Positions 1 through 9,230 of a stretch of DNA of 64,000 nucleotides are shown one piece after another. The DNA lies in assembly GCA_964503265.1 (NCBI GenBank), contig CAZCYO010000003.1, positions 155,575 to 219,574 on the forward strand. The letters are read 5' to 3'. This DNA is from an uncultured Gammaproteobacteria bacterium. GTDB lineage: Bacteria > Patescibacteriota > Microgenomatia > Levybacterales > UBA12049. A program made the translations under genes and the position numbers. How positions within the stretch are numbered: position 1 is the stretch's first letter; the number at the start of each line of letters is the position of its first letter. The notes under the pieces are model-generated. The model did not search any database and was not told where the DNA came from. It saw only the letters and a program-made list of their open reading frames with translations.

Positions 1-209
1 TTACAGTTCGCGTGGTGGGTGGAGGACCAGCTGGACAACTTGATGCTACAGTTGCAGGTATCTCAAATGCTCTTGCAAAAATCGATCCAGAGTATCGAAG
101 AATATTAAAACAAAAAGGATTTTTGACAAGAGATTCACGTATTCGTGAAAGAAGAAAAGTTGGTACTGGAGGAAAAGCACGACGAGCAAAGCAATCTCCA
201 AAACGATAA
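1..209 (+). CDS. rpsI: 30S ribosomal protein S9, C-terminal part; the N-terminus lies upstream of the window
   Basis: The translated frame ends ...RRILKQKGFLTRDSRIRERRKVGTGGKARRAKQSPKR, which is the conserved basic C-terminus of uS9. The ORF runs off the left edge of the window. Confidence 0.85.
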   Translation, partial: TVRVVGGGPAGQLDATVAGISNALAKIDPEYRRILKQKGFLTRDSRIRERRKVGTGGKARRAKQSPKR

Positions 210-812
210 TTACTGTATTTGCCAATCCATTCCCTGCATTTTTCCGATTCTTTCTGCTTCTACTACAAGGTTTTTAGGATCAATTTTTGATAGATCTACA
301 TTCTCTTTGGATGCCAATATTAATCCTTGTATAATACGTCTCACTTTCTCTGCCTCGTTCTTTCGAAGATAAGAAATTTCAACACTATTCTCAATGTAAC
401 TATTATCGATTATTTTTATACTAGCAAAAAGAAACGATGTACTGATAAGAATATCTGCAATATTTTTAATAGGGATGCTTCGTGATTCTGCTGTCAGAAA
501 AAACGATTTGATACAAATATTAACTTGGTCAGGCTCAATACTAATTTCATTTGGAAAAAAGTCAAAAGGGAAAACTGCAGAAGTTTTATATAGATACACT
601 CGTCCACGTGAGACTAAATTTGATAATTTATCAGTGTGAATTTTTTTTGACTTTATTTCTTCTTTAACACTTTCTGTAGCTGCCTCCCGTTCCAACTGAT
701 TTCTTGTAACAGGAGAAATAGGAGGTGAGGATATCTGTGATTTAGGATAAGAAAGAGATTTGTCTAATGGGCTTGGTAGCACACTTTTGTAAAGTGTGTC
801 TGAACTCTTCAT
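210..812 (-). CDS. Hypothetical protein with a Ser/Pro-rich N-terminus
   Basis: A 200-aa ORF with no overlapping alternative and coding-like composition. No family was recognised by eye. Confidence 0.4.
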   Translation of the reverse strand: MKSSDTLYKSVLPSPLDKSLSYPKSQISSPPISPVTRNQLEREAATESVKEEIKSKKIHTDKLSNLVSRGRVYLYKTSAVFPFDFFPNEISIEPDQVNICIKSFFLTAESRSIPIKNIADILISTSFLFASIKIIDNSYIENSVEISYLRKNEAEKVRRIIQGLILASKENVDLSKIDPKNLVVEAERIGKMQGMDWQIQ

Positions 813-853
813 GTTGATAGTATACTGAAGATATATAAGTACCGAGCAAGAAC

Positions 854-1306
854 TCAGTAAGAGTTATCGATGAGATTCAAACCCGTTTCAGCGTCAAACT
901 TTCTTTCAATTTTTCCAGGTAAAATACTTAGAGTAATTTCACATGTTGCTGAAACAATAAGATTTTTAACATGTCCTCCGATTACCGATAAGTCTTTTCT
1001 CCCAAATGTACCATGAGCATGAATTATCGGTTCATCGTTCATCCACCCACAATTTCCGACTATCCCTGTTATTTCCATATCTTCATTAAATAGGTGATCT
1101 TCATATTTTTTCTCTTTTAAATTGTAATAAGAAAGAGTTAATTCACCACATGCACCTATAGCAGTAAAGTGTGATGCCGTAATATGTTCATTTTGTGTAA
1201 TTTGTTTAAGTGATGTGATAAATTCATCACCTTTTTTTAATCGCATAAACATAACTACATTACTTTTTAGAATAATCATTATTACTTTCTTGCTCCCCAC
1301 TGCCAC
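854..1306 (-). CDS. PPC/DUF296-family predicted DNA-binding protein (COG1661-like)
   Basis: The 150-aa protein carries FMRLKKGDEFITSLKQ...ASHFTAIGACGELTLSYY...ITGIVGN...IHAHGTFG...GGHV...ATCEITL. This matches the PPC (PD1-like) domain pattern. Confidence 0.55.
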   Translation of the reverse strand: MAVGSKKVIMIILKSNVVMFMRLKKGDEFITSLKQITQNEHITASHFTAIGACGELTLSYYNLKEKKYEDHLFNEDMEITGIVGNCGWMNDEPIIHAHGTFGRKDLSVIGGHVKNLIVSATCEITLSILPGKIERKFDAETGLNLIDNSY

Positions 1307-1554
1307 TTTGGAGTTTCTCCTGTTTTATAACAAATACTAATTAAGATTATCGTATAGAATAATACTTCTGGAATAAAGGAAAAGAGTACATCTGGTGAGG
1401 TGCCAGTAAACATATTTGCATTAAATGCTGCTGCTAGTATACTTAATAAATAAATACCTAAAACACTCCAACCTTGCCATGAAGAGGGATACCAACCCCA
1501 TCCATATCTCTTTCTTTTAAACCAATATTTTTCCATAAAAGTAGTATACACCAT
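1282..1554 (-). CDS. Small membrane protein, trimmed to the internal Met
   Basis: The listed ORF 1282..1737 overlaps the well-supported ABC exporter start at 1591. The Met at 1554 gives a 90-aa product with two hydrophobic helices (GWGWYPSSWQGWSVLGIYLLSILAAAF...). Confidence 0.3.
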   Translation of the reverse strand: MVYTTFMEKYWFKRKRYGWGWYPSSWQGWSVLGIYLLSILAAAFNANMFTGTSPDVLFSFIPEVLFYTIILISICYKTGETPKWQWGARK

Positions 1555-1590
1555 ATCCGATATCACTTCCTTCAGGTATAATATATACGT

Positions 1591-3357
1591 ATGAAAAATA
1601 TCGTTAGTATTTTTAAACTCGCACGTCCAATGTATGGTCTTATTGGCTTTATTGCTTTTCTTATTGTGACAGCATCCATGATGGATTTGGTCGCTCCAAT
1701 TATCTCTAAAAGTATTGTTGATGAAATTGTAAAACATATAAATACAAAAAATGGTAATCTTGGAAGCCTATCCTTTTTAATCGCACTTTCATTCGGAGCG
1801 AGTTTATTTAGTCTTATTATAACTACGTTTTCAGACCGACTTGGAGATCTTTTAGCATCAAGAATGCGTAAGTTTTTAACCGAAACATTTTACGATAAAG
1901 TATTAACACTTCCTCAGAGTTATTTTGATGGTGAGATTTCAGGCAAGATTGTTAATCAGCTGAATCGTGGAATTCAAAGCATTCAGGATTTTATTAATAA
2001 CTCGACGAATTTTATTCTTCCGATGTTTCTTCAAAGTATTTTTACCATTGCAGTATTAGCTTATTTTAATGTCCCAATTGCAATATTCACATTTATGCTG
2101 TTTCCGACGTATTTAATTTTAAGTTATTATTCATCAAAAAAATGGGGTGAGGAAGAAGTGAAAAAAAATGCGATTGAAGATATGTCTAGAGGACGAATTC
2201 AAGAAGCGATAAGTAATATGAATTTGGTGAAAAGTTTTAATAACCAACTCTCAGAATTCAAACTTGTCTCATCAAATCTTACTAAGATAAATAAGATCTA
2301 TGATAGACAAAGTACTACCTATCATATTTTCGACTTCTTTCGGGGACTAAGTCTTAATCTTATTCTTCTTGCTGTTAATATTCTTACATTCTACAACACC
2401 TTTATCGGAAGATTAACGATAGGAGAATTGGTGTTAATCTTACAGCTTTTTGCTCAAGCTCGTCGTCCACTCTTTGCAATGTCATTTATTTTAACAAGAA
2501 TTCAGGCTGCAGAAAGTGGCTCAAAAGAATTTTTTAATATTCTTCATTTATCATCGACAGAAGATTATAAAAAAAGCATCAATGTTAAGAAAGTAAAAGA
2601 GGCAACCATAACATTTGATCATGTAACGTTTAACTATGAAACTTCAGAAACAGTACTCAAAGATGTATCATTTACGATTAACCCTCGTGAACAAGTTGCG
2701 TTAGTTGGGCATAGTGGAGCCGGAAAGTCGACAATTATTAGCCTTATTTTAAAGTTCTATGATGCCACCAAAGGAGAAGTTCTTTTTAATGGAGACAATT
2801 ATGAAAAACTAGATCATTCATTTATCAGAAATAATATTTCACTTGTTTTTCAAGAGAATGAATTATTCTCATCAACTGTTCGAGAGAATGTCTCCTATGG
2901 ATCTGATGCGTCTGAGGAAGAAATTATCAATGCACTGAAAGTCGCAAATGCATATGATTTCGTAATGAAGCTACCTCGCGGGCTTGATGCAGAAATTGGT
3001 GAACGGGGAGTGCGGCTCTCTGGAGGACAAAAACAGCGTTTGCAAATTGCGCGTGTCGTTTTGAAAGATGCGCCAATTTTAATTCTTGATGAAGCAACCA
3101 GTAGTCTTGATGCGAAATCTGAAAAGGAAGTACAGGATGCACTTGAGCATGTGATGAAAGAACGTACAGTTATTATTATCGCGCATCGTTTCTCAACAAT
3201 TCAAAATGTGAACAAGGTTATTGTAATAAATGAAGGCGAAGTAGTAGATTGTGGCACTCCTCAGGAGTTATCGAAAAAACCTGGAATTTATGCGGATCTC
3301 CTTAATTATCAAATTTCAGGAAACAAGAAATTACTCGAGAAATTTGAAATATATTAG
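1591..3357 (+). CDS. ABC transporter, fused permease/ATPase (MsbA-like exporter)
   Basis: An N-terminal six-TM domain is followed by a nucleotide-binding domain with Walker A GHSGAGKST, signature LSGGQKQR, Walker B ILILDEATS and an H-loop IAHR. Confidence 0.9.
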   Translation: MKNIVSIFKLARPMYGLIGFIAFLIVTASMMDLVAPIISKSIVDEIVKHINTKNGNLGSLSFLIALSFGASLFSLIITTFSDRLGDLLASRMRKFLTETFYDKVLTLPQSYFDGEISGKIVNQLNRGIQSIQDFINNSTNFILPMFLQSIFTIAVLAYFNVPIAIFTFMLFPTYLILSYYSSKKWGEEEVKKNAIEDMSRGRIQEAISNMNLVKSFNNQLSEFKLVSSNLTKINKIYDRQSTTYHIFDFFRGLSLNLILLAVNILTFYNTFIGRLTIGELVLILQLFAQARRPLFAMSFILTRIQAAESGSKEFFNILHLSSTEDYKKSINVKKVKEATITFDHVTFNYETSETVLKDVSFTINPREQVALVGHSGAGKSTIISLILKFYDATKGEVLFNGDNYEKLDHSFIRNNISLVFQENELFSSTVRENVSYGSDASEEEIINALKVANAYDFVMKLPRGLDAEIGERGVRLSGGQKQRLQIARVVLKDAPILILDEATSSLDAKSEKEVQDALEHVMKERTVIIIAHRFSTIQNVNKVIVINEGEVVDCGTPQELSKKPGIYADLLNYQISGNKKLLEKFEIY

Positions 3358-3392
3358 ATTGTATATAAAATGTCCTCTTTTGAGCTACTCCG

Positions 3393-3401
3393 TGGTACAA
3401 T
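3393..3401 (+). promoter_or_regulatory. Extended -10 element (TGgTACAAT) 6 nt upstream of the obg ATG; possibly a near-leaderless transcript
   Basis: The sequence ccgTGGTACAATacacatATG places the predicted +1 at or near the A of the obg start codon. Confidence 0.3.
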
Positions 3402-3407
3402 ACACAT

Positions 3408-4394
3408 ATGTTAATAGATGATGTCAAAATTACAATAAAAGCAGGTAAAGGTGGAAACGGTGCGATTTCATTCCGACATGATGAAGGAAAGGATCATGGA
3501 GGCCCTGACGGGGGTAACGGCGGCTATGGCGGTGATGTCTATGTGATTGCTGTGGACGACATGATGGCACTTCGACAGTTCCAATTTAAAAAACAGCTTA
3601 AAGCAGATGATGGAGTTCCTGGAAAAAGAAAGAATCTTTTTGGTAGAAAAGGAGAAGACCTTCTTCTTAAAGTTCCACGAGGTACACAAATTACGGATAT
3701 GGATAATGGCCGTACCATCGAAATCGTTGATCGAGTAACGCCAGTTCGACTCGCCACTGGTGGAATCGGGGGCAGAGGAAACAATGAGTTTAAAACCTCA
3801 ACCATCCAAGCACCACGTTACGCAGAAGACGGAACACCAGGTGAAGAAAAACATCTCCACATTGAACTGAAGATTATTGCTGACATCGGATTTATCGGGC
3901 TGCCAAATGCTGGGAAAAGTAGTCTTCTTGGCATGCTCACAAATGCAAATCCTAAAATCGGGGCATATCCATTTACGACACTTGAACCGAATCTTGGTGC
4001 GATGGGAAATATTATCATGGCAGATATTCCAGGACTTATTGAAGGAGCACATGAAGGACGCGGGCTTGGGATAAAATTTCTTAAACACATTGAAAAAACA
4101 AAACTGCTATTTCATTGTATTGATGTAACTACAGAGAATATTCTAGAAACATACGAACTTGTACGAAGAGAATTTGCTGAGTATAAAACAGAATTACTAG
4201 AAAAACCAGAAATAATTCTACTCACAAAAACAGATTTGGTTGATGCAAAAACGATAGCAGATAAAAAGAAACTGCTTAAGAAAACGAAACGCGAGATTTA
4301 TAGTGTTTCTGTGTACGATGATAAGAGTTTGGAAGAGCTCAAGAATATTATTGAGAGAAATGTTGTAAACACAGAAGCTGTCATTCCCGATTGA
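3408..4394 (+). CDS. obg: GTPase Obg/CgtA
   Basis: The N-terminal glycine-rich Obg fold (KAGKGGNGAISFRHDEGKDHGGPDGGNGGYGGDVY) is followed by a GTPase domain with G1 GLPNAGKSSLL, DIPGLIEGA and LTKTD. Confidence 0.95.
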   Translation: MLIDDVKITIKAGKGGNGAISFRHDEGKDHGGPDGGNGGYGGDVYVIAVDDMMALRQFQFKKQLKADDGVPGKRKNLFGRKGEDLLLKVPRGTQITDMDNGRTIEIVDRVTPVRLATGGIGGRGNNEFKTSTIQAPRYAEDGTPGEEKHLHIELKIIADIGFIGLPNAGKSSLLGMLTNANPKIGAYPFTTLEPNLGAMGNIIMADIPGLIEGAHEGRGLGIKFLKHIEKTKLLFHCIDVTTENILETYELVRREFAEYKTELLEKPEIILLTKTDLVDAKTIADKKKLLKKTKREIYSVSVYDDKSLEELKNIIERNVVNTEAVIPD

Positions 4395-4450
4395 TCGGGA
4401 ATCCAGTAAAATAGATCCGCCAGCGGCGGATGACAAGAGGGAATCACTCT

Positions 4451-5341
4451 ATGATTATTTTGCAGACTCCCGGCTGGGATGACTACTCACTACTAGATAC
4501 TGGAAACGGAAAGCGACTTGAACAGTTTGGTAAATATCGACTAGTTCGTCCTGATCCACAAATCATTTGGAAACCAAAACTCCCGAACATCGAATGGGAG
4601 AGGGCAGATGCAGTTTTTGAAAATGGCGAAAAAGGGAAGCGTGGACAATGGGTCAAAAAAAAGACCATGCCAGAAGAGTGGAGCGTTCAATATAATGATA
4701 TTATTTTTAACGCTAAACTTTCACCATTTAAACATACGGGGATTTTTCCAGAACAGTCACTTCAGTGGGAATGGATGGAAGGAATATTACAAAAGGCAGA
4801 GAATAATGGGCAAAGAGATATCAAAGTATTAAATCTATTTGCCTATACTGGTGGAGCTTCACTAATAGCGGCAAAAGCTGGTGCGAAAGTGACACATGTA
4901 GATGCCTCAAAGCCAAGTATTTCCTGGGCGCATGAAAATCAAGAAGCATCACACTTGAGTGATAAACCTATTCGATGGATTCTGGAAGATGTGCTCTCAT
5001 TTGTCAGACGAGAAGTAAAAAGAGGGAATACCTATGAGGGGATTATTATGGATCCACCAGTATTTGGTCACGGACCAGAAGGAGAGAGATGGGAGTTTAA
5101 CGAAAGTTTTCCTGAATTATTACACCTCTGTAAATCTCTTTTATCTAAAGAAGCACTTTTTATCATCATCAATGCGTATGCTATTTCCTCCTCATCACTT
5201 ATGCTCGAAAACAGCCTCTCAGATATTGTCGAAGACTTACAAGGTGAAATAGAAGTGGGAGAGTTAGCACTTGAAGAAAAAACAAATCACCGTCTTCTTT
5301 CAACCGGAATATTTGCGAGATGGTCAGTGAAGAATATATAA
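4451..5341 (+). CDS. Class I SAM-dependent RNA methyltransferase (RlmI/YccW-like, COG1092-type catalytic domain)
   Basis: Motifs include LLDTGNGKRLEQFG, a LNLFAYTGGASL (motif I-like) stretch, AKVTHVDAS and IIMDPPVF (DPP motif). The start is trimmed to the ATG at 4451, which has an AGAGGGA Shine-Dalgarno 7 nt upstream. The ATG at 4430 lacks an SD. Confidence 0.7.
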   Translation: MIILQTPGWDDYSLLDTGNGKRLEQFGKYRLVRPDPQIIWKPKLPNIEWERADAVFENGEKGKRGQWVKKKTMPEEWSVQYNDIIFNAKLSPFKHTGIFPEQSLQWEWMEGILQKAENNGQRDIKVLNLFAYTGGASLIAAKAGAKVTHVDASKPSISWAHENQEASHLSDKPIRWILEDVLSFVRREVKRGNTYEGIIMDPPVFGHGPEGERWEFNESFPELLHLCKSLLSKEALFIIINAYAISSSSLMLENSLSDIVEDLQGEIEVGELALEEKTNHRLLSTGIFARWSVKNI

Positions 5342-6154
5342 ATCCTGTTTATATCCACCTACCCCCACGAATTCTGCATCGCCTTTAATGATAGCTTCAA
5401 ACGGATAACATTCTCGACAGCCGTTTCTCGGACAGTCGAATGCTTTTGTGGTTCGGGCTTCTTTTACTTTTTTGGCAACAGTAATCACTTTTTCATATGC
5501 ATCACCTAAGGATGGAAGTACTACCTCGTTTAAATTGTCAGAAGAATCGAGGTACCAGTAACTTGCTTTTGAAACGTTTCTTTTCTGACAGTTTTTAACG
5601 AGAAGGTGATAAATAGGAAGTTGGAGTGAGTCGGCATTTTCTTCGTATTTGCCTGTTTTAAAATCGATCACATGAACTGTGTCAGTGTCTGGTAAGTACT
5701 CAAGCCAGTCTACTTTCCCACAGAGAATGATATTGTCTATTTCTGACAAATAATAATGTGGTAAATCTTCTTTAATTTTTATTGCTTTATTAAGAATCGG
5801 CCCTGGTTGATCGAGCACTCTTTGGAGCATATTCCTTCCTCTTTCTTTAAATTCTTCTTCTTCATAAATATCACTAAATCCTCCCATCCTCCCTGAAACT
5901 TTTCCCCACACTTCATCATAAGTCTCGTGAAGTGATTTAGTAAAACGTTCCGGTGCAGGGAGTAATGATAATGCTTCGAGTACTTCATGAACTGATTGAC
6001 CAAGGGCGAGTGCGGGGCTAATGATATTAACTTTATGATTTGTCTTAGGATCTTTATAGACGTTTCTTAAATAATATAATCTGGGGCATTTGAGAAAATC
6101 ACTAATAGACGAATGTGAAACCCATGTCGCGCTGAATTTATCCTGCATTACCAA
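5324..6154 (-). CDS. Cas4-like PD-(D/E)XK nuclease with a 4-Cys Fe-S cluster (DUF83/RecB-like)
   Basis: An N-terminal Cys (FLKCPRLYY), an IDFKTG (D-x-K) motif, a QLPIYHLL (QxxxY) motif and a C-terminal CPRNGCRECYP triad. This is the Cas4/AddB-type nuclease signature. Confidence 0.75.
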   Translation of the reverse strand: MVMQDKFSATWVSHSSISDFLKCPRLYYLRNVYKDPKTNHKVNIISPALALGQSVHEVLEALSLLPAPERFTKSLHETYDEVWGKVSGRMGGFSDIYEEEEFKERGRNMLQRVLDQPGPILNKAIKIKEDLPHYYLSEIDNIILCGKVDWLEYLPDTDTVHVIDFKTGKYEENADSLQLPIYHLLVKNCQKRNVSKASYWYLDSSDNLNEVVLPSLGDAYEKVITVAKKVKEARTTKAFDCPRNGCRECYPFEAIIKGDAEFVGVGGYKQDLYILH

Positions 6155-7917
6155 CTTCCCCCTCCGCCGCCGCCAAAACCACCACCCGATGATCCACCAC
6201 TACTAAATCCACTACTTTTCGGAGTAGCCGCAATCGCTCCTGAAAATGACTCTGAAAAAGAGTTTACTTGTGAACTAAACAGCACTGGATTAAATACTGT
6301 ATGTCCTGAGTACCATGTGGGGGTAGGTGGTTTGATGCCCATATCTTTCATTGACTGAGCAAATTTTTCCGTCAAGCCAAAGATAATCGCGTAGGGAAGA
6401 ATTTCGTTAAACATATTCTTCTTTTCGAAAAATTGCTGACGATATTTTTCTGATGTATTGATAAATAATCGATACCCTTTTATTCGTCGATATAAATCAT
6501 ATCCTTTCTCTGTACGACGTGGCATGCCGCGTGATGTAACGAGGAGTGCCAGTCCCCCTGGAAGAAGTCCCGCTGCAATGGCTGTGGGGAGTACCCATTC
6601 ACGTGTGATACTAAAGAACAGTAATACACTTGATGCAATAATAAGAAAAATAGCATAGGCCAAGTATTGAGTTCTTACCTTTTCAGGATCTGAGACAAAT
6701 AGTCCTTTATCTTCCATCTCTTTATAGAGAAGTTCTTTCACTTTTTTTAGATCATCATAAAATGTTTGTTTGAGAGCTGATACAACGATTGATTTTTTAC
6801 TTCCGGAGAATAATCGTGTTAAGAGAGCTTTTTCGTATGCGAGGAGACTATCTGTTGGTTTCTCTTTACTAGTCAGCGTATAATCTACTTTTCCAAATAG
6901 CCATTTTTTTGGGATCTCAGTAATGGTTAAAAATCCACGTGATGCAAGGTCAATAATCGTTCCTGTGACATCAATAGTATCTGCCCGCTCGTCGATAAGA
7001 ACACCAATTTCTGCAGGACGTAAATCTTCAGGAGGAGTAAATTCGACAACTGTCGCTTCTTTGATTAGAAGTGGTTTATTTGTGCCTTTTTGTGTAGCGT
7101 CGAGAAGAAGTGGTACCTTCACCCATTTGTCTCGCCCGCGTGTCCACCATAACCAGAAAATATTTCCGGTAGAAAATAAAAACGTGAGAAGAAAAAGCAC
7201 CAGTGATTCCACAGAAAATAGTTTGTCTGCAAATGTTTTCGGTTTACTGGCGGCAATAATTGGAACCATGCCTTTATTCCATCCTGCAACGATAGTCAGT
7301 CCTTCACTCGGATTTAGCTCTCTTTTTGTACTAAATTGTGCTTGTGATTTATCTGGTTGGGAGATAGTACAGGTTTCTTTTTCGCCAATTATTCCTTCGA
7401 AACAGGTTGTTTGTGTAAGATTTGGTTCAGGGAGATGCACTGTGGTAGTTGTAGAACCGATAGATGTCTCCCAATAGTTCCCTGTTACATTCCAGTATAG
7501 CTCGTCGTGATCGGAGAATGCTTTTAACGCTCCAATGACATCGTAATCAATCGTGTATTCCTGCTCTCCCGAAAGTGTTCGATTGGCGTCACCGATTTTT
7601 ATTTCCACATTGTCGCCTTTGAGTGTTACTGTATAAGTAGTACTTTGTTTGTTTCGTGTTACAGAGTTGACTGTTATATTTAAATACGAAAGATCATTAC
7701 TATCACCGTGATAGATATACGGAATATCTCGATAAATACCGTGTTTTGAGAGATTGTTAAAATTTACCAATAATTTTTCTGTTACATGAACTACTCCTGA
7801 TGGCTTGATGGTTATATCAGTATTAAAGGTATCTATCGTCCACTCTTGATCTGCATATGCTATCTGTGGAAGAATAAGAAGAGAGAGTAGAAATAAGAGA
7901 ATGACGAGTTTTCGCAT
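6148..7917 (-). CDS. DUF2207-family membrane protein
   Basis: A signal peptide (MRKLVILLFLLSLLILPQIAYA), a large extracytoplasmic domain, several TM helices and the characteristic C-terminal glycine tail SGGSSGGGFGGGGGGSW. It overlaps the downstream nuclease gene by 7 bp. Confidence 0.7.
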   Translation of the reverse strand: MRKLVILLFLLSLLILPQIAYADQEWTIDTFNTDITIKPSGVVHVTEKLLVNFNNLSKHGIYRDIPYIYHGDSNDLSYLNITVNSVTRNKQSTTYTVTLKGDNVEIKIGDANRTLSGEQEYTIDYDVIGALKAFSDHDELYWNVTGNYWETSIGSTTTTVHLPEPNLTQTTCFEGIIGEKETCTISQPDKSQAQFSTKRELNPSEGLTIVAGWNKGMVPIIAASKPKTFADKLFSVESLVLFLLTFLFSTGNIFWLWWTRGRDKWVKVPLLLDATQKGTNKPLLIKEATVVEFTPPEDLRPAEIGVLIDERADTIDVTGTIIDLASRGFLTITEIPKKWLFGKVDYTLTSKEKPTDSLLAYEKALLTRLFSGSKKSIVVSALKQTFYDDLKKVKELLYKEMEDKGLFVSDPEKVRTQYLAYAIFLIIASSVLLFFSITREWVLPTAIAAGLLPGGLALLVTSRGMPRRTEKGYDLYRRIKGYRLFINTSEKYRQQFFEKKNMFNEILPYAIIFGLTEKFAQSMKDMGIKPPTPTWYSGHTVFNPVLFSSQVNSFSESFSGAIAATPKSSGFSSGGSSGGGFGGGGGGSW

Positions 7918-7964
7918 GAGGATATTATACTACGCTTTCTGCGTGGTGCTATACTAAATCTATT

Positions 7965-8849
7965 ATGTCGCAAAAACAATATATCTCACACTACGAGAAT
8001 CTTAAAGATAAGTGGGTAGATAGACATCAAGATCTCCAAAAGATCTTACATGAAAAACATAGTGAGGCTAAGGAGTGGATTGAAAAGTCGACGCAGCATT
8101 TGTTAGTTGGTTCAATGGCAGGCATGATGCTCTTAGCAGCGCCTATAACCCAAGCGTTTCCTCTCAGTACCCCATCGGCTCAAGAACAACCATTTCAAGA
8201 TCTGGATAAGAGAGTATTTCTTATTTCTGATCTCTCATATGAACTTCCCGACAGTGTGCAGGCGTTATCTCTCACACAGGAAGACGTCATTTCAGAAACA
8301 CTCACTCGGCACTTTAATATTCGTGTCACTCCTGAGTTGCAAGGAATTCGACTTAATCGAAGTTATGGCTATATAGGAGCAGAACAGCATTTAGCACGAT
8401 ACCCGGGTGATACGATGAGTACTCATTTTGATTCTGTGGATGATGCGACGAGGTATTATTCATCGGGTATGGCACCAGGGCTTGGAGCGTGGGGGTATTT
8501 TGCTCAATCGCAATCTTCGATGACAGAACAAGACGTGTTGCGTGAAAAGTATTATATCGCAGTACAGACGTTTCTTTCAGAGGGGTATAATCAGAATGTT
8601 AGAGAATATAGTCAATTCTTTAAATATCGTAAGATGTTAGTTGTGAATCCAAATAATGGAAAAGGAATAGTAGTTGTTATCGGAGACGCTGGGCCTGCTG
8701 CATGGACAGGAAAACATCTGGGTGGGTCACCAGAGGTGATGAAATATCTTGAGAGGGTTGATGGTGCTCAAAAAGGGCCAGTACTCTACTTTTTTGTTAA
8801 CGATCCATTTGATAAAGTCCAACTTGGACCAATTGATGTTACACAATAA
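7965..8849 (+). CDS. Membrane-anchored RlpA-like double-psi beta-barrel (DPBB) domain protein
   Basis: An N-terminal TM anchor. The C-terminal KMLVVNPNNGKGIVVVIGDAGPAAWTGKHLGGSPEVMKYLE resembles the RlpA DPBB core (V.V.N..NGks..VrvnDrGP...gR.iDLS). Confidence 0.45.
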   Translation: MSQKQYISHYENLKDKWVDRHQDLQKILHEKHSEAKEWIEKSTQHLLVGSMAGMMLLAAPITQAFPLSTPSAQEQPFQDLDKRVFLISDLSYELPDSVQALSLTQEDVISETLTRHFNIRVTPELQGIRLNRSYGYIGAEQHLARYPGDTMSTHFDSVDDATRYYSSGMAPGLGAWGYFAQSQSSMTEQDVLREKYYIAVQTFLSEGYNQNVREYSQFFKYRKMLVVNPNNGKGIVVVIGDAGPAAWTGKHLGGSPEVMKYLERVDGAQKGPVLYFFVNDPFDKVQLGPIDVTQ

Positions 8850-8850
8850 T

Positions 8851-9180
8851 ATGAAACAATACTTTTATAGCCATATCGTAAAAATTGATTCGCTAACTGA
8901 TGCTCTTGATACACTTGTGTTATCAAAAGATGAAAGAGCACATTTACTTGCTCTTGCACAATCAAATATTCACCATGCAATTCTTGATGCGATTTTATCC
9001 GAGCTATCTTCAGAAGATAAAATACTTTTCTTAAAACATGTTGCATCTGAAAATAATACGGAGATTTGGGATTTATTAAATACAAAAGTAGAAAGAATTG
9101 AAGATAAGATTAAATCTGCGGCTGAAAGCTTAACAAAAGAACTGCACGACGATATAGAAGATACGAAAAAATCCTCATAA
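8851..9180 (+). CDS. Hypothetical helical protein (109 aa)
   Basis: The start is trimmed from 8749 to the ATG at 8851, directly after the stop of the upstream gene. Composition is coding-like and no family was recognised. Confidence 0.4.
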   Translation: MKQYFYSHIVKIDSLTDALDTLVLSKDERAHLLALAQSNIHHAILDAILSELSSEDKILFLKHVASENNTEIWDLLNTKVERIEDKIKSAAESLTKELHDDIEDTKKSS

Positions 9181-9230
9181 TTTCTCTCTTGAACTATTAA
9201 TAACCTTATAGTATTATCCCTATATCTTTT

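Noticed and set aside
1555-1737. Upstream extension of the 1282..1737 minus-strand ORF
   Set aside because: It overlaps the strongly supported ABC exporter start, which has its own TATAAT-like promoter. The gene was trimmed to the internal Met or may not be real.
2927-4436. Several minus-strand ORFs (2927..3142, 3468..3689, 3539..3805, 3798..4088, 3818..4090, 4218..4436)
   Set aside because: They are antisense to the well-supported ABC transporter and obg genes, with no domain signatures. They are typical shadow ORFs.
8749-8850. 5' extension of ORF 8749..9180
   Set aside because: It overlaps the 3' end of the preceding 294-aa gene in another frame. The start at 8851 directly follows that gene's stop.
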